Shown here: positions 51,869-63,075 of the stretch, piece after piece | Numbering within the stretch: the stretch's first letter is position 1 | Layout: each line of letters opens with the position of its first letter | From: Chamaesiphon sp. | GTDB taxonomy: Bacteria; Cyanobacteriota; Cyanobacteriia; Cyanobacteriales; Chamaesiphonaceae | Assembly (NCBI GenBank): GCA_965246715.1 | Contig: CBDFFH010000044.1 | Span: 64,001 to 128,000 of the forward strand | DNA: 64,000 nt | Direction of reading: 5' to 3' | Notes under the pieces: model-generated | Databases searched by the model: none | Seen by the model: only the letters and a program-made list of their open reading frames with translations | Told to the model about the DNA's origin: nothing | Made by a program: the position numbers and the translations under genes

Positions 51869-53113
51869 ATGTTTGCCACTAACGCCCCCACGCAACCGAT
51901 TAATCCAGAGAAGATTAGACCGGATATTCGCGCCTTGCAGCCACAGCTGGTCGCCTTGAGGCGGCAGATCCACCAATATCCCGAACTCGGATTCAAAGAG
52001 CAACTGACTGCCGCAACGATCGCCAGTAAGCTCAAAGAATGGGGCATTCCGCACGAGACGGGCATTGCGAAAACAGGGGTCGTGGCCATGATTCAAGGTC
52101 GCAAGACTAGTTTTCGGCTCCGCACGCTGGCAATTCGCGCGGATATGGATGCACTGCCGATTCAAGAAGCCAATGATGTGCCATACAAGTCCCGCCACGA
52201 CGGTGTGATGCACGCCTGCGGGCACGATGGACATACCGCAATTGCCTTGATGACAGCTTACTATCTATCTCAACATCGCAGTGACTTTGCCGGGACGGTG
52301 AAAATCATCTTCCAGCCCGCCGAGGAAGGCCCAGGCGGTGCCAAACCGATGATTGAGGCGGGAGTACTTACCAATCCCGATGTCAATGCAATTATCGGCT
52401 TACACCTGTGGAATAATTTACCGCTCGGGACGATTGGAGTCCGCAGTGGCGCGCTCATGGCGGCGGTCGAAAGATTTTCGCTGACGATCCAAGGCAAGGG
52501 CGGACATGGCGCGATGCCCCACCAGACTGTAGATGCGATCGTTGTCGGAAGTCAAATCGTGAATGCATTGCAAACGATCGTCTCCCGCAATGTCAATCCG
52601 ATCGATTCGGCGGTCGTGACCGTCGGTAAATTTCAGGCGGGGACTGCAAAAAATGTGATTGCCGACACCGCAACACTCGAAGGCACGGTCAGATATTTTA
52701 ATCCCGATCTCGTCGGATTTTTTCAGCAGCGAATCGACGCGATCGTGGCTGGGATATGTGCCAGTTATGGCGCAAGTTATGACTTAGATTATATTAATTT
52801 TTATCCACCAGTCGTCAACGATGAAAAAATTACCGAGCTGGTGCGATCGGTGGCCACCGATCTCGTCGAAACGCCGCTGGGGATCGTGCCGGAATGTCAA
52901 ACTATGGGGGGCGAAGATATGTCCTTCTTTCTTCAGAAAGTACCAGGTTGTTATTTCTTCCTCGGCTCGGCAAATACCGCTGGTAACGTCGCGCAGAATC
53001 CAAATAGTGCTTTGGCTTATCCCCATCACCATCCCCGCTTTGACTTTGATGAAACGGCGCTGGCTACTGGCGTAGAAATATTCGTTCGCTGTGTTGAGAA
53101 ATACTGTAATTAG
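51869..53113 (+). CDS. M20D amidohydrolase (N-acyl-L-amino acid amidohydrolase)
   Basis: RADMDALP, MHACGHDGH, FQPAEEG, GEDM, HHHPRF. Confidence 0.93.
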   Translation: MFATNAPTQPINPEKIRPDIRALQPQLVALRRQIHQYPELGFKEQLTAATIASKLKEWGIPHETGIAKTGVVAMIQGRKTSFRLRTLAIRADMDALPIQEANDVPYKSRHDGVMHACGHDGHTAIALMTAYYLSQHRSDFAGTVKIIFQPAEEGPGGAKPMIEAGVLTNPDVNAIIGLHLWNNLPLGTIGVRSGALMAAVERFSLTIQGKGGHGAMPHQTVDAIVVGSQIVNALQTIVSRNVNPIDSAVVTVGKFQAGTAKNVIADTATLEGTVRYFNPDLVGFFQQRIDAIVAGICASYGASYDLDYINFYPPVVNDEKITELVRSVATDLVETPLGIVPECQTMGGEDMSFFLQKVPGCYFFLGSANTAGNVAQNPNSALAYPHHHPRFDFDETALATGVEIFVRCVEKYCN

Positions 53114-53259
53114 GTGCTCAGATCGCAAGTTATTGCAACCCGCAATGGTGCGAAGATCGCCGAGCGAGTAACCGCTGTTGGCAATTGAGTTGGGTTTCGA
53201 TCGTCCCCGTTTTACTGGTGCGATTGCTGGAGATGGCTATCGATCGCGCTTAGAGCTGG

Positions 53260-54360
53260 CTACTGGTCTAATACCTGCTTAATGGCACCATTCCACTTGG
53301 TCATGACCCGATCGACTCCAAAGCGATCGAGGATTCTCGGCGCGTAGTGCGAGAAGTATTGCCGTTTGACCGGATCGGACATCAATAAATCCAAAGCCAC
53401 GGCTAACGCATCGACATTTTCAGTTACCACCAACATCCCATCGGTACCATCGTGAATCATCTCGCGCGGGCCACTCAAACAATCAGTGGCGATCGCGGGT
53501 ACACCACAAGCCATTGCTTCGCCGAGAGCGACGGGAAAACCTTCAAATCGGGATGTCATGGCAAAAATATCGGCTTTGTGCAGATAGGCATCGACATTTT
53601 TGACGACTCCTGGCATATATACCTGTTCGTCGAGCTTTAGTTGCGTACAAAGATCTTCTAGTTCGTCCCGCATATTTCCTTCACCCAAAATCGTCAACGT
53701 CCACTCAGGATGCCGATCGCTAACTTGGGCAAAGGCTTTGATTAGCAGGTCGAAACCTTTTTGGTAACTTAATTTACCCACTGCGAGTAAGTGCCGGTCG
53801 TCGGTATGGAGCCGCGATTCGATCGTTTCTGATGTGGGCAGTGAGATGGGATTGGGGATCACTGCCGTATTAAAGCCGCGACTGGATGGGAAAAAAGACA
53901 AGGCACCATGAGTCTGCACGGTAATCAGATCGGCGCGTCGATAAGCCCAATTTTGCCAAAATTGCCAAAATTTATCTAGTCCGTTAAAACTTGGATGCAC
54001 CTGTTCGGTAACGATCGTTCGGACCTTCAGTCCCCAACAAGCTAGGACTGTAAAAATATTGACTTTATTGCCAAAACTAATTGCCACATCGGGATTACTA
54101 TTTTTAATCGCCTTTCTCAGGATCTGGATGCGGCGGAGATTAGCCCCGATCGCTGCTATCCCACTAGTGTCTTGTCCGGAAATTCCCAATGAGAGTAAAT
54201 CGATCCGCCGATCGATCTCATAGAATGGCTCGGCATAACCAGAATCGAAGGTCAGGATCGTCACTTTCCAACCGAGATCGGCCCAATAGTTGGCAAGAAT
54301 TGACATGACTCGTTCTGTACCACCAACTTCCAGGGAAGAACTAATCAGGGTAAGTTTCAT
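53260..54360 (-). CDS. Glycosyltransferase family 4
   Basis: GGTERV, KGFDLLI, SRFEGFPVALGEAMACG. Confidence 0.92.
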   Translation of the reverse strand: MKLTLISSSLEVGGTERVMSILANYWADLGWKVTILTFDSGYAEPFYEIDRRIDLLSLGISGQDTSGIAAIGANLRRIQILRKAIKNSNPDVAISFGNKVNIFTVLACWGLKVRTIVTEQVHPSFNGLDKFWQFWQNWAYRRADLITVQTHGALSFFPSSRGFNTAVIPNPISLPTSETIESRLHTDDRHLLAVGKLSYQKGFDLLIKAFAQVSDRHPEWTLTILGEGNMRDELEDLCTQLKLDEQVYMPGVVKNVDAYLHKADIFAMTSRFEGFPVALGEAMACGVPAIATDCLSGPREMIHDGTDGMLVVTENVDALAVALDLLMSDPVKRQYFSHYAPRILDRFGVDRVMTKWNGAIKQVLDQ

Positions 54361-54812
54361 TGGATCTCAAAAAGTATATATTAAGAATGGGAATGTCGTC
54401 GATCGCTACCTGCAGTTGACGATCTGTGGTGTTAGCATTGATAGCCTTCCGGGTGAGGCAATAACGTTATAGTCTAAATCGTCATCAGCTCTATTTTGGT
54501 TGCGACGATCGCCGATCGTTACTCTCGGCCAGATCGATCTCACAAACCAAAGCAAACTTGGTTAATAGTAACATTGTGAGCAAAAACACAACATTTCTGT
54601 GAGATTACCGACTAAAGTTTGCGTTGTTAACTAGCGTAAAGTAAAAATCTCAAAAAGTTAAACGGCAATTTGACGCATATATTTATTTCTTCGCCACATG
54701 TAGTAACATTGCTCATCTGTATAGCGTTCCCCAAGGAATGTGCTAATGTCACATGGCGCTGCCTGACGAATATTGCCTCTAACTAATTAGCAAAATTATC
54801 GCAACAGTAATT

Positions 54813-55688
54813 ATGAGCGGACAACTGGGTCGGATTCTCGATGGTAAAGCTTTAGCCCAAAAGATGCAGGAGGCATTGCAACAGCGGGTTAGCCAATTGC
54901 AGCCTAACATCGGTCGTCCCCCAGGCTTGGCAGTATTGATGGTTGGAAATAATCCGGCTAGTGCTGCTTACGTTGGTGGCAAGGAAAAAGCTTGTCTCAA
55001 AGTTGGGATGAGGTCGTTCGGGCAGCATTTTGCTGCTGATGTCAGTCAAGCGCAACTGGTCAAAGTAATTCACGAATTAAATGCGGACGATCGCGTGGAT
55101 GGGATCTTAGTCCAATTGCCATTGCCTGAAGGATTTGATTCCGTAGCACTCCTGCATGAGATCGCCCCCCACAAGGACGCAGATGGTCTCCACGCTCTCA
55201 ATTTAGGGCATTTGGTTAGAGGCGAACCCGGATTGCGTAGTTGCACGCCTGGGGGCGTTATGCGGCTACTTGAAGAATATCAGCTAGATGTACGCGGCAA
55301 ACATGCCGTTGTCGTCGGACGGAGTATTTTAGTAGGCAAGCCGTTGGCGTTGATGTTATTGGAAGCTGATGCCACAGTCACGATCGCGCATTCCCGCACG
55401 CCAGATCTCGCCGCAGTCTGTCGCGAAGCCGATATTTTGGTAGCTGCTGTGGGCAGAACGCAGATGATTACCGCCGAGATGGTCAAACCTGGGGCGGTGG
55501 TTATCGATGTGGGCATCAATCGGATCGACGATCCGGTTACGGGTAAATCGCGGTTGGTTGGTGATGTCGATTTCGAGCGGGTAAAAGAGATCGCCAGTTG
55601 GATTACCCCCGTTCCTGGTGGTGTCGGCGCGATGACAGTAACGATGTTATTAGAAAATACCGTCTGGAGCTATGCCCAGAAAAAATGA
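54813..55688 (+). CDS. folD: Methylenetetrahydrofolate dehydrogenase/cyclohydrolase
   Basis: [31 protein letters not shown]. Confidence 0.97.
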   Translation: MSGQLGRILDGKALAQKMQEALQQRVSQLQPNIGRPPGLAVLMVGNNPASAAYVGGKEKACLKVGMRSFGQHFAADVSQAQLVKVIHELNADDRVDGILVQLPLPEGFDSVALLHEIAPHKDADGLHALNLGHLVRGEPGLRSCTPGGVMRLLEEYQLDVRGKHAVVVGRSILVGKPLALMLLEADATVTIAHSRTPDLAAVCREADILVAAVGRTQMITAEMVKPGAVVIDVGINRIDDPVTGKSRLVGDVDFERVKEIASWITPVPGGVGAMTVTMLLENTVWSYAQKK

Positions 55689-55807
55689 GGCAATTGGATG
55701 ATAAGTTGAGATCTTTCTGAGTGAGTGTTTTTTATAGCTGGAAGTTAGGGCATTGATACAGCGGTCATGCCGTGCGCGAGGAGTCATCCGATCGCGCGAT
55801 CGATGAT

Positions 55808-58800
55808 TCAGCCTGTCGCGGGGCGCAGCGGCCAGGTAAAGTAGAACGTTGTCCCCTTACCCAGTTCTGACTCTAGCCAAATCTGACCTCCGGCAGTTTC
55901 GACAATTTTTTTGACGATGCTCAGGCCGATACCCGTGCTATCAGCATTTTTTTGCGGATTCGCGGATTGGAAAATAACGAATACTCGATCGCGATATTCG
56001 GGCGCGATCCCTGGGCCATCGTCACAGATCGCAAATTCATAGCTATCGCCTAGCTCTCGACTGGAAATCCGAATGCAGCCATCCGACCTGTCGTGATGTT
56101 TGAAGGCATTGCTAATCAGGTTAGCAAATACTTGAGATAGTAGCAGTCGCTTGGCTGCAAGGGTGGGCATCTGGGAGGCGATGTCGAGCTTGAATGTCGG
56201 TGGTGGATCGATCGATTCGATGACTTCATTTAGTAAATCTGCCACTGAAACTAGCTCTACCTGAAGATCTTGGCGACCGACACGCGCATATTCGAGCAGT
56301 CCATCGATCATCCCTTCCATCCGATAGATCCGACCTCTGAGCAGATTCATTTGCTCGGTAGTATTTGCCGAAACCGTGCCTTCAAAGTCTTCTTCAATCC
56401 ATTGGGACAGATTCGCCACGGCGCGGAGGGGTGCTTTGAGGTCGTGAGAGACGATGTGGACAAAGCTATTTAACTCTTGATTGCGCTCTTGGAGCTGGAT
56501 TTCCGACTGGGCGAGGCGACTATTGAGATCGGCAAGTTCGCGGGCGCGTTCGGCGAGGGCTTCTTCGGCTTGTTTGCGATCGAGTAAGTCGGCGACCTGT
56601 CGGGCGAGTACGTCGAGTAAGCGCAGTCTGCGAACTGAGGGCTGCTGTGGTGTCCGCCACTGGGTGCAGATCGTGCCGACGATCCGACCATTGCGCGAAA
56701 CTAACGGGGTGGAGTGTACCGCTTTAATGCCACTCAGCCGCGCACAATCGAGGTCTACCGATCCCATCGGTAAATTGCAGGTTTCGACATCGCTGATGAA
56801 TGTCGGTTCGCCACTGGCGGCAGCCTGACCGCTAGCAGTGTTTGAATCAAGGCCGATCGATTGCCACTGCTCTACCGCTGTTGGATGCAAGCCCCGCGAT
56901 GCTAGCAGCCGTAGCCGATTCTGGTCGGGGTCGAGCATATAGACGCTACCGAGGTCAGCAGCCATCAAGGCGATCGCGGCATCGACGATCTGCTGATAGA
57001 GAACATCGATATTGTCTTCGCAAATTAACTGACTGCTAATCTGCTGTAACTGCTGCATGTCAGCTAGTTCTACTGCTAGTTGCGCCTCACTAACGCGCAA
57101 TGCTTCCTCTACCCGTTTGCGCTCGGTGATATCGATCGCGACACCTAACATCTGGATCGGTGTGCCAGTATTGTCATAGGTGCAAGAACCTTTCGCCGCA
57201 ATCCAATGAATCGAACCATCCGGCCAACAGGAGCGGTATTCGATATCGTAATCCGTCCGCTCTGCCATCGATCGAATCACTGCTGCATGAGTGCGCTGGC
57301 GATCATCGGGATGGAGGGCAGCTTGGAAAACTTCGTAGGACATTTCCACATCCGCAGGTAAGCCAAAGATCGCTTTACACTGCTCCGTCCAGGTGAGGAT
57401 GTCGGTTTCGAGGTTCCAGAACCATAGACCTAACTTAGAGGCTGCTGTCGCTAGGCGCAATTGTTCCTCACGATCGCGCAATGCTGCTGTGGTTTGTCGC
57501 TGTTCGATCGTATCGGCGGCTTGACGGGCGAGGAGATCGAGAAACTGGATCTGGCGATCGCTCGGTCGGTGGCGAGTGCGCCAATGAGTAGACACCATGC
57601 CGATCGGTTTGCCCGTGCGCGAAATCAATGGTGTAGACTGGGCGGATAATAAGCCTGCTTCTACATGCAGCCGCATCGAGCCGTGGGGGTCTAGGTGCTG
57701 GGGCACGTCGAAGTCTACAAACGTCCTACTGCCACTGCAAAGAGCGATGCCGCAGGAGGTATCCGAGCTAACATCCACCCGTGCGAAATGTTCGCTCAGG
57801 TTTAGCGGAATGCCTTGTGAGGCAATGATGCACAAATCTTGGGTGCTTTCGTCCAGAATTTGGATCGTACCAGCATCGGCACCAGTTAGCTCGATCGCGG
57901 CAGCTAGAATCTCGCGATAGAGGGTCTGGAAATCCTCTTCGCTCACCAGTCGTGCGCCCAGTTCGCGCAGCAGTTGGGTATCGCGGAGGTTGTAGGCAAC
58001 TATGGCTTCAGCGCGGGCGCGTTCGACGCGGGGGAACAGGCGATTGGCTACTTCATAAATCAGCTCGATCTCATCCTCACGCCAATCACGCGATCGCACA
58101 TCATTAATCGTCAGCAAATATTTCCAGTTGTTGCCGCGATGAAACGGTACATGCACAAACGCATGGACATTGAAGGCAGCATATCGATCCGCATTAGTCC
58201 GTGGATCGGTTTGGGTATTGCTGACGACAATTGTTGCTCTTGCCCGCACCGCTCGGTAAAATTCTGCATTGACAAATTCGGAGATCTGATAAACGCCCAC
58301 CAAGTCCAGCAGATCTGGATCGTGCCAGTTGTACTCCACCGTTGCCCGATCCTGCGCCTCATCGATTTCGGTAAACAGACATTGTGAGGTGTCGAGATAC
58401 CTACTCAGCTTCTCGCCCACAGTCTGCATGATTTCATCAGCGGTGGTGAGTCGGGCAAAGTCGTCCTGAATTGCGGTTAAAAAGGCTGTGTTCGCTTCAT
58501 GACGTTTGCGTGCCGTGATGTCTTCAAAAATCACTGCCACCTGCCGACTGTCGGCATTGTCGATCTTGAAAGCGTAGAAGTTGTACCAGGCACCCAGCGA
58601 TGAGGCATCTAGCTCGTCGCGTTCGCCGATTCCCGTCTGGGCAACGCGTCCGAGGGTTTCAAACCAATGACCTTCCAAGCTGGGAAAAACTTCCCGCATC
58701 CGCCATCCGATCGGGTTCCCGCCCAGCATTGTGACTGCGGCTGGATTTGCATCTAGGTAGCGGAAGTCAATCGGTAGATCGGTATCATCAAAGAGCATTT

Positions 58801-60805
58801 CAATCAGAATATAGCCCTCATCGATCGACTCAAATAAGGTGCGATACTTGGCTTCTGATTCTTGCAAAGCTAGTTCTGCACGAGCGCGTTCGATCGCCGC
58901 CCACGTCCGCTCGGCGACTTCCGCGCCTAGAGTGAGATCGTCTGGTGTCCACAAGCGCGGCACAGACGTATGGACTGCCAATCCCGCGACAAATTCACCG
59001 CCTTTGACTAGGGAAATTGCCAAGTAGGCACCAATCTCAGCCGTAGCATAAGCCGCTTGTTCCTCTGGGGAGAGGTCGGGATCGGCTGCAACATCGGCGG
59101 CAGCTACAGACTGACCGTTGCGTAATGCCGCCAGTACCGTAGGGCCGAACGATTCGATCGGGTAGCTACCGCACATGGGTGTGGCACCCTTGACATAATT
59201 GCACTCGATCGCATAATTGGTACCGCGCACCTCGAAGTACACTACCCGATTGGCACCCAGGTACTCGCCCAGCACACGGCTGGCAGTAACTTGAATCTCG
59301 ACGGGATCGGCTAGTGGGCGGAGAGCATCAGCCAGGGCGATCCGAAAAGCATCAAATTTCGCAGCGAGCTGCGAAATTTTTTCTGCTTGTTTGCGCTCCG
59401 TGATGTTGGTAAACACGATCGCGACGCGGCGGCTGGTACCATCGCCAACCCTAGAAGCGTAAACATCATACCAACGGTTCATCGGGGCAGAATAATTCTC
59501 AAACCGTGCCGCTTCCCCCGTTAGTAACACGTTGCCATAGATTTCCATCCAAAAGTCTTCGAGATCCGGCACCATTTGGCGCATCGTTTTACCCACTGCA
59601 TCTGCGGGTAAGCCCGTCAGGCTGAAGAAGGCTGGATTGACCTGCAAGAACCGATAATCGACTGGCTGCTCCCGATCGTCAAACAGCATCTCTATAATAC
59701 AAAAGCCCTCATCGATCGACTCAAATAGGGCACGATACTCGATCTCCGACTCGCGCAGCTCTAGAGTAGCTAATTCTAGCAGTTTGGTTTGCTCGATCGA
59801 TCTCAGTTCCGCACGTTTGCGATCGGTCACATCCGCCATCAAGATCGCCAGTCCGTCATCGGTAGGATAAACGCGATGCTCTACCCAGCAATCTACCTGC
59901 TCGTAGTAATACTCAAACTGCTCCTCGCTCCGTTCGGTCATCGCGCGGTTGAGGAGATCGAAAAATTGGATGCCCACCTGATGCGGGAATACTTCCCAAG
60001 CTTGTTTGCCCAAGACTCGTTCGCGGGGCAACTTAAAGATTTTTAACAGGCGATTATTGGCATATGTATACCGCCACTGCCGATCGAAGGTTGCAAAGCC
60101 ATTGTTGAGATTCGCGACAATTCGATCGAGATTGGCTCTAGCTGTATCGGTCTCTCGTTGTAACGTCCGTTCGCGATCGCGCGCACTTAGGCGGAGTCGG
60201 GCGAGTTTCAGCGTCGCATTTACCCTCGCGACTAGTTCGCGTGCAGAAAACGGCTTGACGAGATAGTCATCCGCGCCAGCTTCGAGTCCAGCGATCCGAG
60301 ATTCTTCACTATCGTGGGCGGATAACAGGATGACGGGGATATCCTGAGTTGCTGGATTAGCGCGGATCGATCGCAACAACTCCAAGCCATCCAAATTGGG
60401 CATCAGTACATCTGTCAACACCAACTCCGGCATTTGGCGATCTATCGCCGCGATCGCCGCCACACCATCAACGGCAATTTCTACCTGATAAGATTGACTC
60501 AACAACCGCTGTAGATAATCGCACATCACAATATCATCATCAGCGAGGATGATTCTCGGACGCTCGATCGAGGGCATCGTCAGCAGTAGATCGAGCGGAT
60601 CTGGCAAAACTACATCCATTCCATCGATCGAGCCAAAGGCAACAGCACACTCTCGTCCGGTTATCACCTCAATGCATAGGTTTTCTGCCCGATCGTCAGC
60701 ATTAGAGATCGCCATTGCGCTGCCCTTGACAAAAATTCGATCGGCAGGTACTTCTTGGGCGGGACGTAACATGACAATGACCCCTGTTGCTGAAGATCTA
60801 CGCAT
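55808..60805 (-). CDS. Multi-sensor histidine kinase: REC, several PAS and GAF domains, HisKA, HATPase
   Basis: LVLTDVLMP and KPFS receiver motifs; repeated YRxLFESIDEG PAS starts; STPLISR GAFs; SHDLKAPL H-box; N and G boxes; start uncertain. Confidence 0.9.
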   Translation of the reverse strand: MRRSSATGVIVMLRPAQEVPADRIFVKGSAMAISNADDRAENLCIEVITGRECAVAFGSIDGMDVVLPDPLDLLLTMPSIERPRIILADDDIVMCDYLQRLLSQSYQVEIAVDGVAAIAAIDRQMPELVLTDVLMPNLDGLELLRSIRANPATQDIPVILLSAHDSEESRIAGLEAGADDYLVKPFSARELVARVNATLKLARLRLSARDRERTLQRETDTARANLDRIVANLNNGFATFDRQWRYTYANNRLLKIFKLPRERVLGKQAWEVFPHQVGIQFFDLLNRAMTERSEEQFEYYYEQVDCWVEHRVYPTDDGLAILMADVTDRKRAELRSIEQTKLLELATLELRESEIEYRALFESIDEGFCIIEMLFDDREQPVDYRFLQVNPAFFSLTGLPADAVGKTMRQMVPDLEDFWMEIYGNVLLTGEAARFENYSAPMNRWYDVYASRVGDGTSRRVAIVFTNITERKQAEKISQLAAKFDAFRIALADALRPLADPVEIQVTASRVLGEYLGANRVVYFEVRGTNYAIECNYVKGATPMCGSYPIESFGPTVLAALRNGQSVAAADVAADPDLSPEEQAAYATAEIGAYLAISLVKGGEFVAGLAVHTSVPRLWTPDDLTLGAEVAERTWAAIERARAELALQESEAKYRTLFESIDEGYILIEMLFDDTDLPIDFRYLDANPAAVTMLGGNPIGWRMREVFPSLEGHWFETLGRVAQTGIGERDELDASSLGAWYNFYAFKIDNADSRQVAVIFEDITARKRHEANTAFLTAIQDDFARLTTADEIMQTVGEKLSRYLDTSQCLFTEIDEAQDRATVEYNWHDPDLLDLVGVYQISEFVNAEFYRAVRARATIVVSNTQTDPRTNADRYAAFNVHAFVHVPFHRGNNWKYLLTINDVRSRDWREDEIELIYEVANRLFPRVERARAEAIVAYNLRDTQLLRELGARLVSEEDFQTLYREILAAAIELTGADAGTIQILDESTQDLCIIASQGIPLNLSEHFARVDVSSDTSCGIALCSGSRTFVDFDVPQHLDPHGSMRLHVEAGLLSAQSTPLISRTGKPIGMVSTHWRTRHRPSDRQIQFLDLLARQAADTIEQRQTTAALRDREEQLRLATAASKLGLWFWNLETDILTWTEQCKAIFGLPADVEMSYEVFQAALHPDDRQRTHAAVIRSMAERTDYDIEYRSCWPDGSIHWIAAKGSCTYDNTGTPIQMLGVAIDITERKRVEEALRVSEAQLAVELADMQQLQQISSQLICEDNIDVLYQQIVDAAIALMAADLGSVYMLDPDQNRLRLLASRGLHPTAVEQWQSIGLDSNTASGQAAASGEPTFISDVETCNLPMGSVDLDCARLSGIKAVHSTPLVSRNGRIVGTICTQWRTPQQPSVRRLRLLDVLARQVADLLDRKQAEEALAERARELADLNSRLAQSEIQLQERNQELNSFVHIVSHDLKAPLRAVANLSQWIEEDFEGTVSANTTEQMNLLRGRIYRMEGMIDGLLEYARVGRQDLQVELVSVADLLNEVIESIDPPPTFKLDIASQMPTLAAKRLLLSQVFANLISNAFKHHDRSDGCIRISSRELGDSYEFAICDDGPGIAPEYRDRVFVIFQSANPQKNADSTGIGLSIVKKIVETAGGQIWLESELGKGTTFYFTWPLRPATG

Positions 60806-60848
60806 CTAATTTTAGTGTAAAGTTCTCAGTCGCAACAAGCTATTTAAT

Positions 60849-61451
60849 CTAATCTCCACCACCACCATCGCTGCTGCTACCACTATCGCTACTGCCACTA
60901 TCATAGCTACCACTGCTACCACCATCGTAGCTACTACTTTCACCGCCGTCACCACTACCCCAAAAACTCGAGCCACCGCCGCCATCGTCACTGCTAGGAT
61001 TGGATTCATCCACAGAAGTATCACGATCGGTAACTAGCGCTCCAGCTTCGATCGCCTCAGACGTGCTAAAAGTATTATCGGGCAGCGAGAGACATTCGCT
61101 AATTTCACTCCGCATCGCATCGTAATCGCACACTTCACCGATCGAGCGATGATATTCGATGAAATCAGCACGATCGGCATACATCGCAATCCCGTAACAG
61201 TCGCGATCGCTACTCCATCCCGATTCTGTTATCGTAGTTTTGATTTTGTCTGGTGGATATTTTTCTCGAACTCCATAGCGTTCCTGTAATTTCTGGCCGA
61301 GTTGTTTGGAGTATGTCCGAATTGCCACCTGCTTGTCATCGTAGCGACGCGATCGCTTAAAATTGCGCTGCTTCCGCTTAGACGACCTAATTATCCCACT
61401 CGCTACAAACACGAAGATCGCGATGACAAAAATCAGCAATACATAAGCCAT
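60849..61451 (-). CDS. Membrane-anchored DUF6559-like protein with Gly/Ser/Asp-rich tail
   Basis: N-terminal TM; AIRTYSKQLGQKLQERYG; low-complexity tail. Confidence 0.6.
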   Translation of the reverse strand: MAYVLLIFVIAIFVFVASGIIRSSKRKQRNFKRSRRYDDKQVAIRTYSKQLGQKLQERYGVREKYPPDKIKTTITESGWSSDRDCYGIAMYADRADFIEYHRSIGEVCDYDAMRSEISECLSLPDNTFSTSEAIEAGALVTDRDTSVDESNPSSDDGGGGSSFWGSGDGGESSSYDGGSSGSYDSGSSDSGSSSDGGGGD

Positions 61452-61512
61452 AGTATTTCAGCCATGCTATTCGATCGTCAGTGTAACATGGCGTCGACAC
61501 TAGATATTAATT

Positions 61513-61755
61513 AACGTGAGTTCGGGTTAAGGATATTTGCTTCGTTCTAGTACCACCAACGATTGTGTCTTGTTGCGCTTTTTACGTCGGGAAACCCTTG
61601 GAGGGAACCTCCAATAACGACGAGCGCGCACCGCAAATCGTGGCTAGTAATGCAAAGTCCGCCTTCGCGGACTAGAATATTAGTCCGCGAAGGCGGACTT
61701 TGCATCATGAGCAGAGACTTCAGTCTCTAAGCTTTTCTTAACCCGAACTCACGTT
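61513..61755. mobile_element. AACGTSAG-TIR MITE with TSD AATT and a doubly nested insertion
   Basis: aacgtgagttcgggttaag...cttaacccgaactcacgtt; 69-nt insert 61566-61634 relative to the 39811 copy. Confidence 0.88.
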
Positions 61756-61757
61756 AA

Positions 61758-62405
61758 TTAAGCATTTTTGTGCGCGATGACGGCATAAAATGGATCGCCA
61801 CCACCCATACCCAGCAAGCGAAACACATCGGGAACATTACTAATCTGACTGACTACTTCTGGCTGACTAAATCCAGGTACTGACCGAAAATACCCTTTAA
61901 CTAATTCCACCCGATCGCTCTCGCTGGCATCTCGCCAAGCGGAGATCGCTTTATTATAAAACATCCGATTGGAAAAGCTAAAAATGGCAATCCCATTTGG
62001 CTTGAGAATCCGATAAATCTCCGCAAAGATCGCTTCGGGATATTGGAGATATTGAACGGATACTGTATTTAAAACAGCATCGAAGCTACTATCTTCCAAT
62101 GGTAGCTTTAAATCCTGATTGAGGTTCTGAACGAAATAACGATCGAATCGGGGATTTTTGGCTAATTCCGCTTCATTTAAACCATGACCCTGGACATATG
62201 CAAACTCGATCTCCTCGGGCAGATGCGAGACCCAACTACTCATCATGTCAAAGATGTGCATCTCGGGCGTAAGCCGCTCGCGATATAAACTTGTCAATCT
62301 GTCGATAAATCCTTCATCTACATGCGTGACAAAGCGCGGCGCACTGTAAAATTCGCGATCGTTTCCACCATCTAATTTTTGACGTTGTTCGGGTTTGAGT
62401 AGCAT
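61758..62405 (-). CDS. Methyltransferase type 11 family protein
   Basis: PRFVTHVD, DMMSSWVSHLP, VSVQYL, FSNRMF. Confidence 0.88.
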   Translation of the reverse strand: MLLKPEQRQKLDGGNDREFYSAPRFVTHVDEGFIDRLTSLYRERLTPEMHIFDMMSSWVSHLPEEIEFAYVQGHGLNEAELAKNPRFDRYFVQNLNQDLKLPLEDSSFDAVLNTVSVQYLQYPEAIFAEIYRILKPNGIAIFSFSNRMFYNKAISAWRDASESDRVELVKGYFRSVPGFSQPEVVSQISNVPDVFRLLGMGGGDPFYAVIAHKNA

Positions 62406-62491
62406 CTGGAGATCGAGTGTGTGGTTGCTAGGTATGAATCGAGCTATCTCTCTCTACTATCCCCGATTACCGATCGGGTTGCCACTAGTAA

Positions 62492-62875
62492 CTAAAACTT
62501 CAAACCAACTTGACCGTTGATGCCCCGAACTGAGTTATAACCGATCCCAAAAAACGTATTCCCAGGGGGAGTGAACTGAACGCCACCCGAATAAGCCACT
62601 GTACTCCCATAAATTCCCAACCCCGCATACGGCGAGACAAAGGGAAAACTAAAAAACTTCAATGCATCGACACCAGTAACACTCTTGGGGCCAGTACCGA
62701 GTTCGACCCCAAAGTCAAAAAACCTCGCCCCAACGCCATAGGTGACCGTACTATCTTTGCTGCCTACTGTCACCCAAGGCTGAGGAACTAGCTGTGCGGC
62801 GGCGGGTGTTACCGACATCAGACCGATCGCGGTTAGAATAACGTAAATCGATACACAGATTGACTTTAACTGCAT
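62492..62875 (-). CDS. Small secreted / outer-membrane beta-barrel-like protein
   Basis: Signal peptide; amphipathic strands (PYAGLG); C-terminal Phe (GQVGLKF). Confidence 0.65.
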   Translation of the reverse strand: MQLKSICVSIYVILTAIGLMSVTPAAAQLVPQPWVTVGSKDSTVTYGVGARFFDFGVELGTGPKSVTGVDALKFFSFPFVSPYAGLGIYGSTVAYSGGVQFTPPGNTFFGIGYNSVRGINGQVGLKF

Positions 62876-63075
62876 TAGTAATACTCCGAGAAATACCGCA
62901 AGACACGAGTAGAATATTCAGACAGCTTAATCTTGCTGTGCTGCGTTGCTTAAATATGACTGACGATAGCTCGACCAGATTGTTTCAGTGCTGGTGGAGA
63001 TCGACTATAAATTCATCATTCATCATTCATACTTCGACTACGCTCAGTACGAGTAATTCATAATTTAGAAGGTTT

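Noticed and set aside
54566..54712. Repeated tagtaacattg in the GT4/folD divergent spacer
   Set aside because: Only two copies ~135 bp apart in AT-rich DNA; cannot be distinguished from chance
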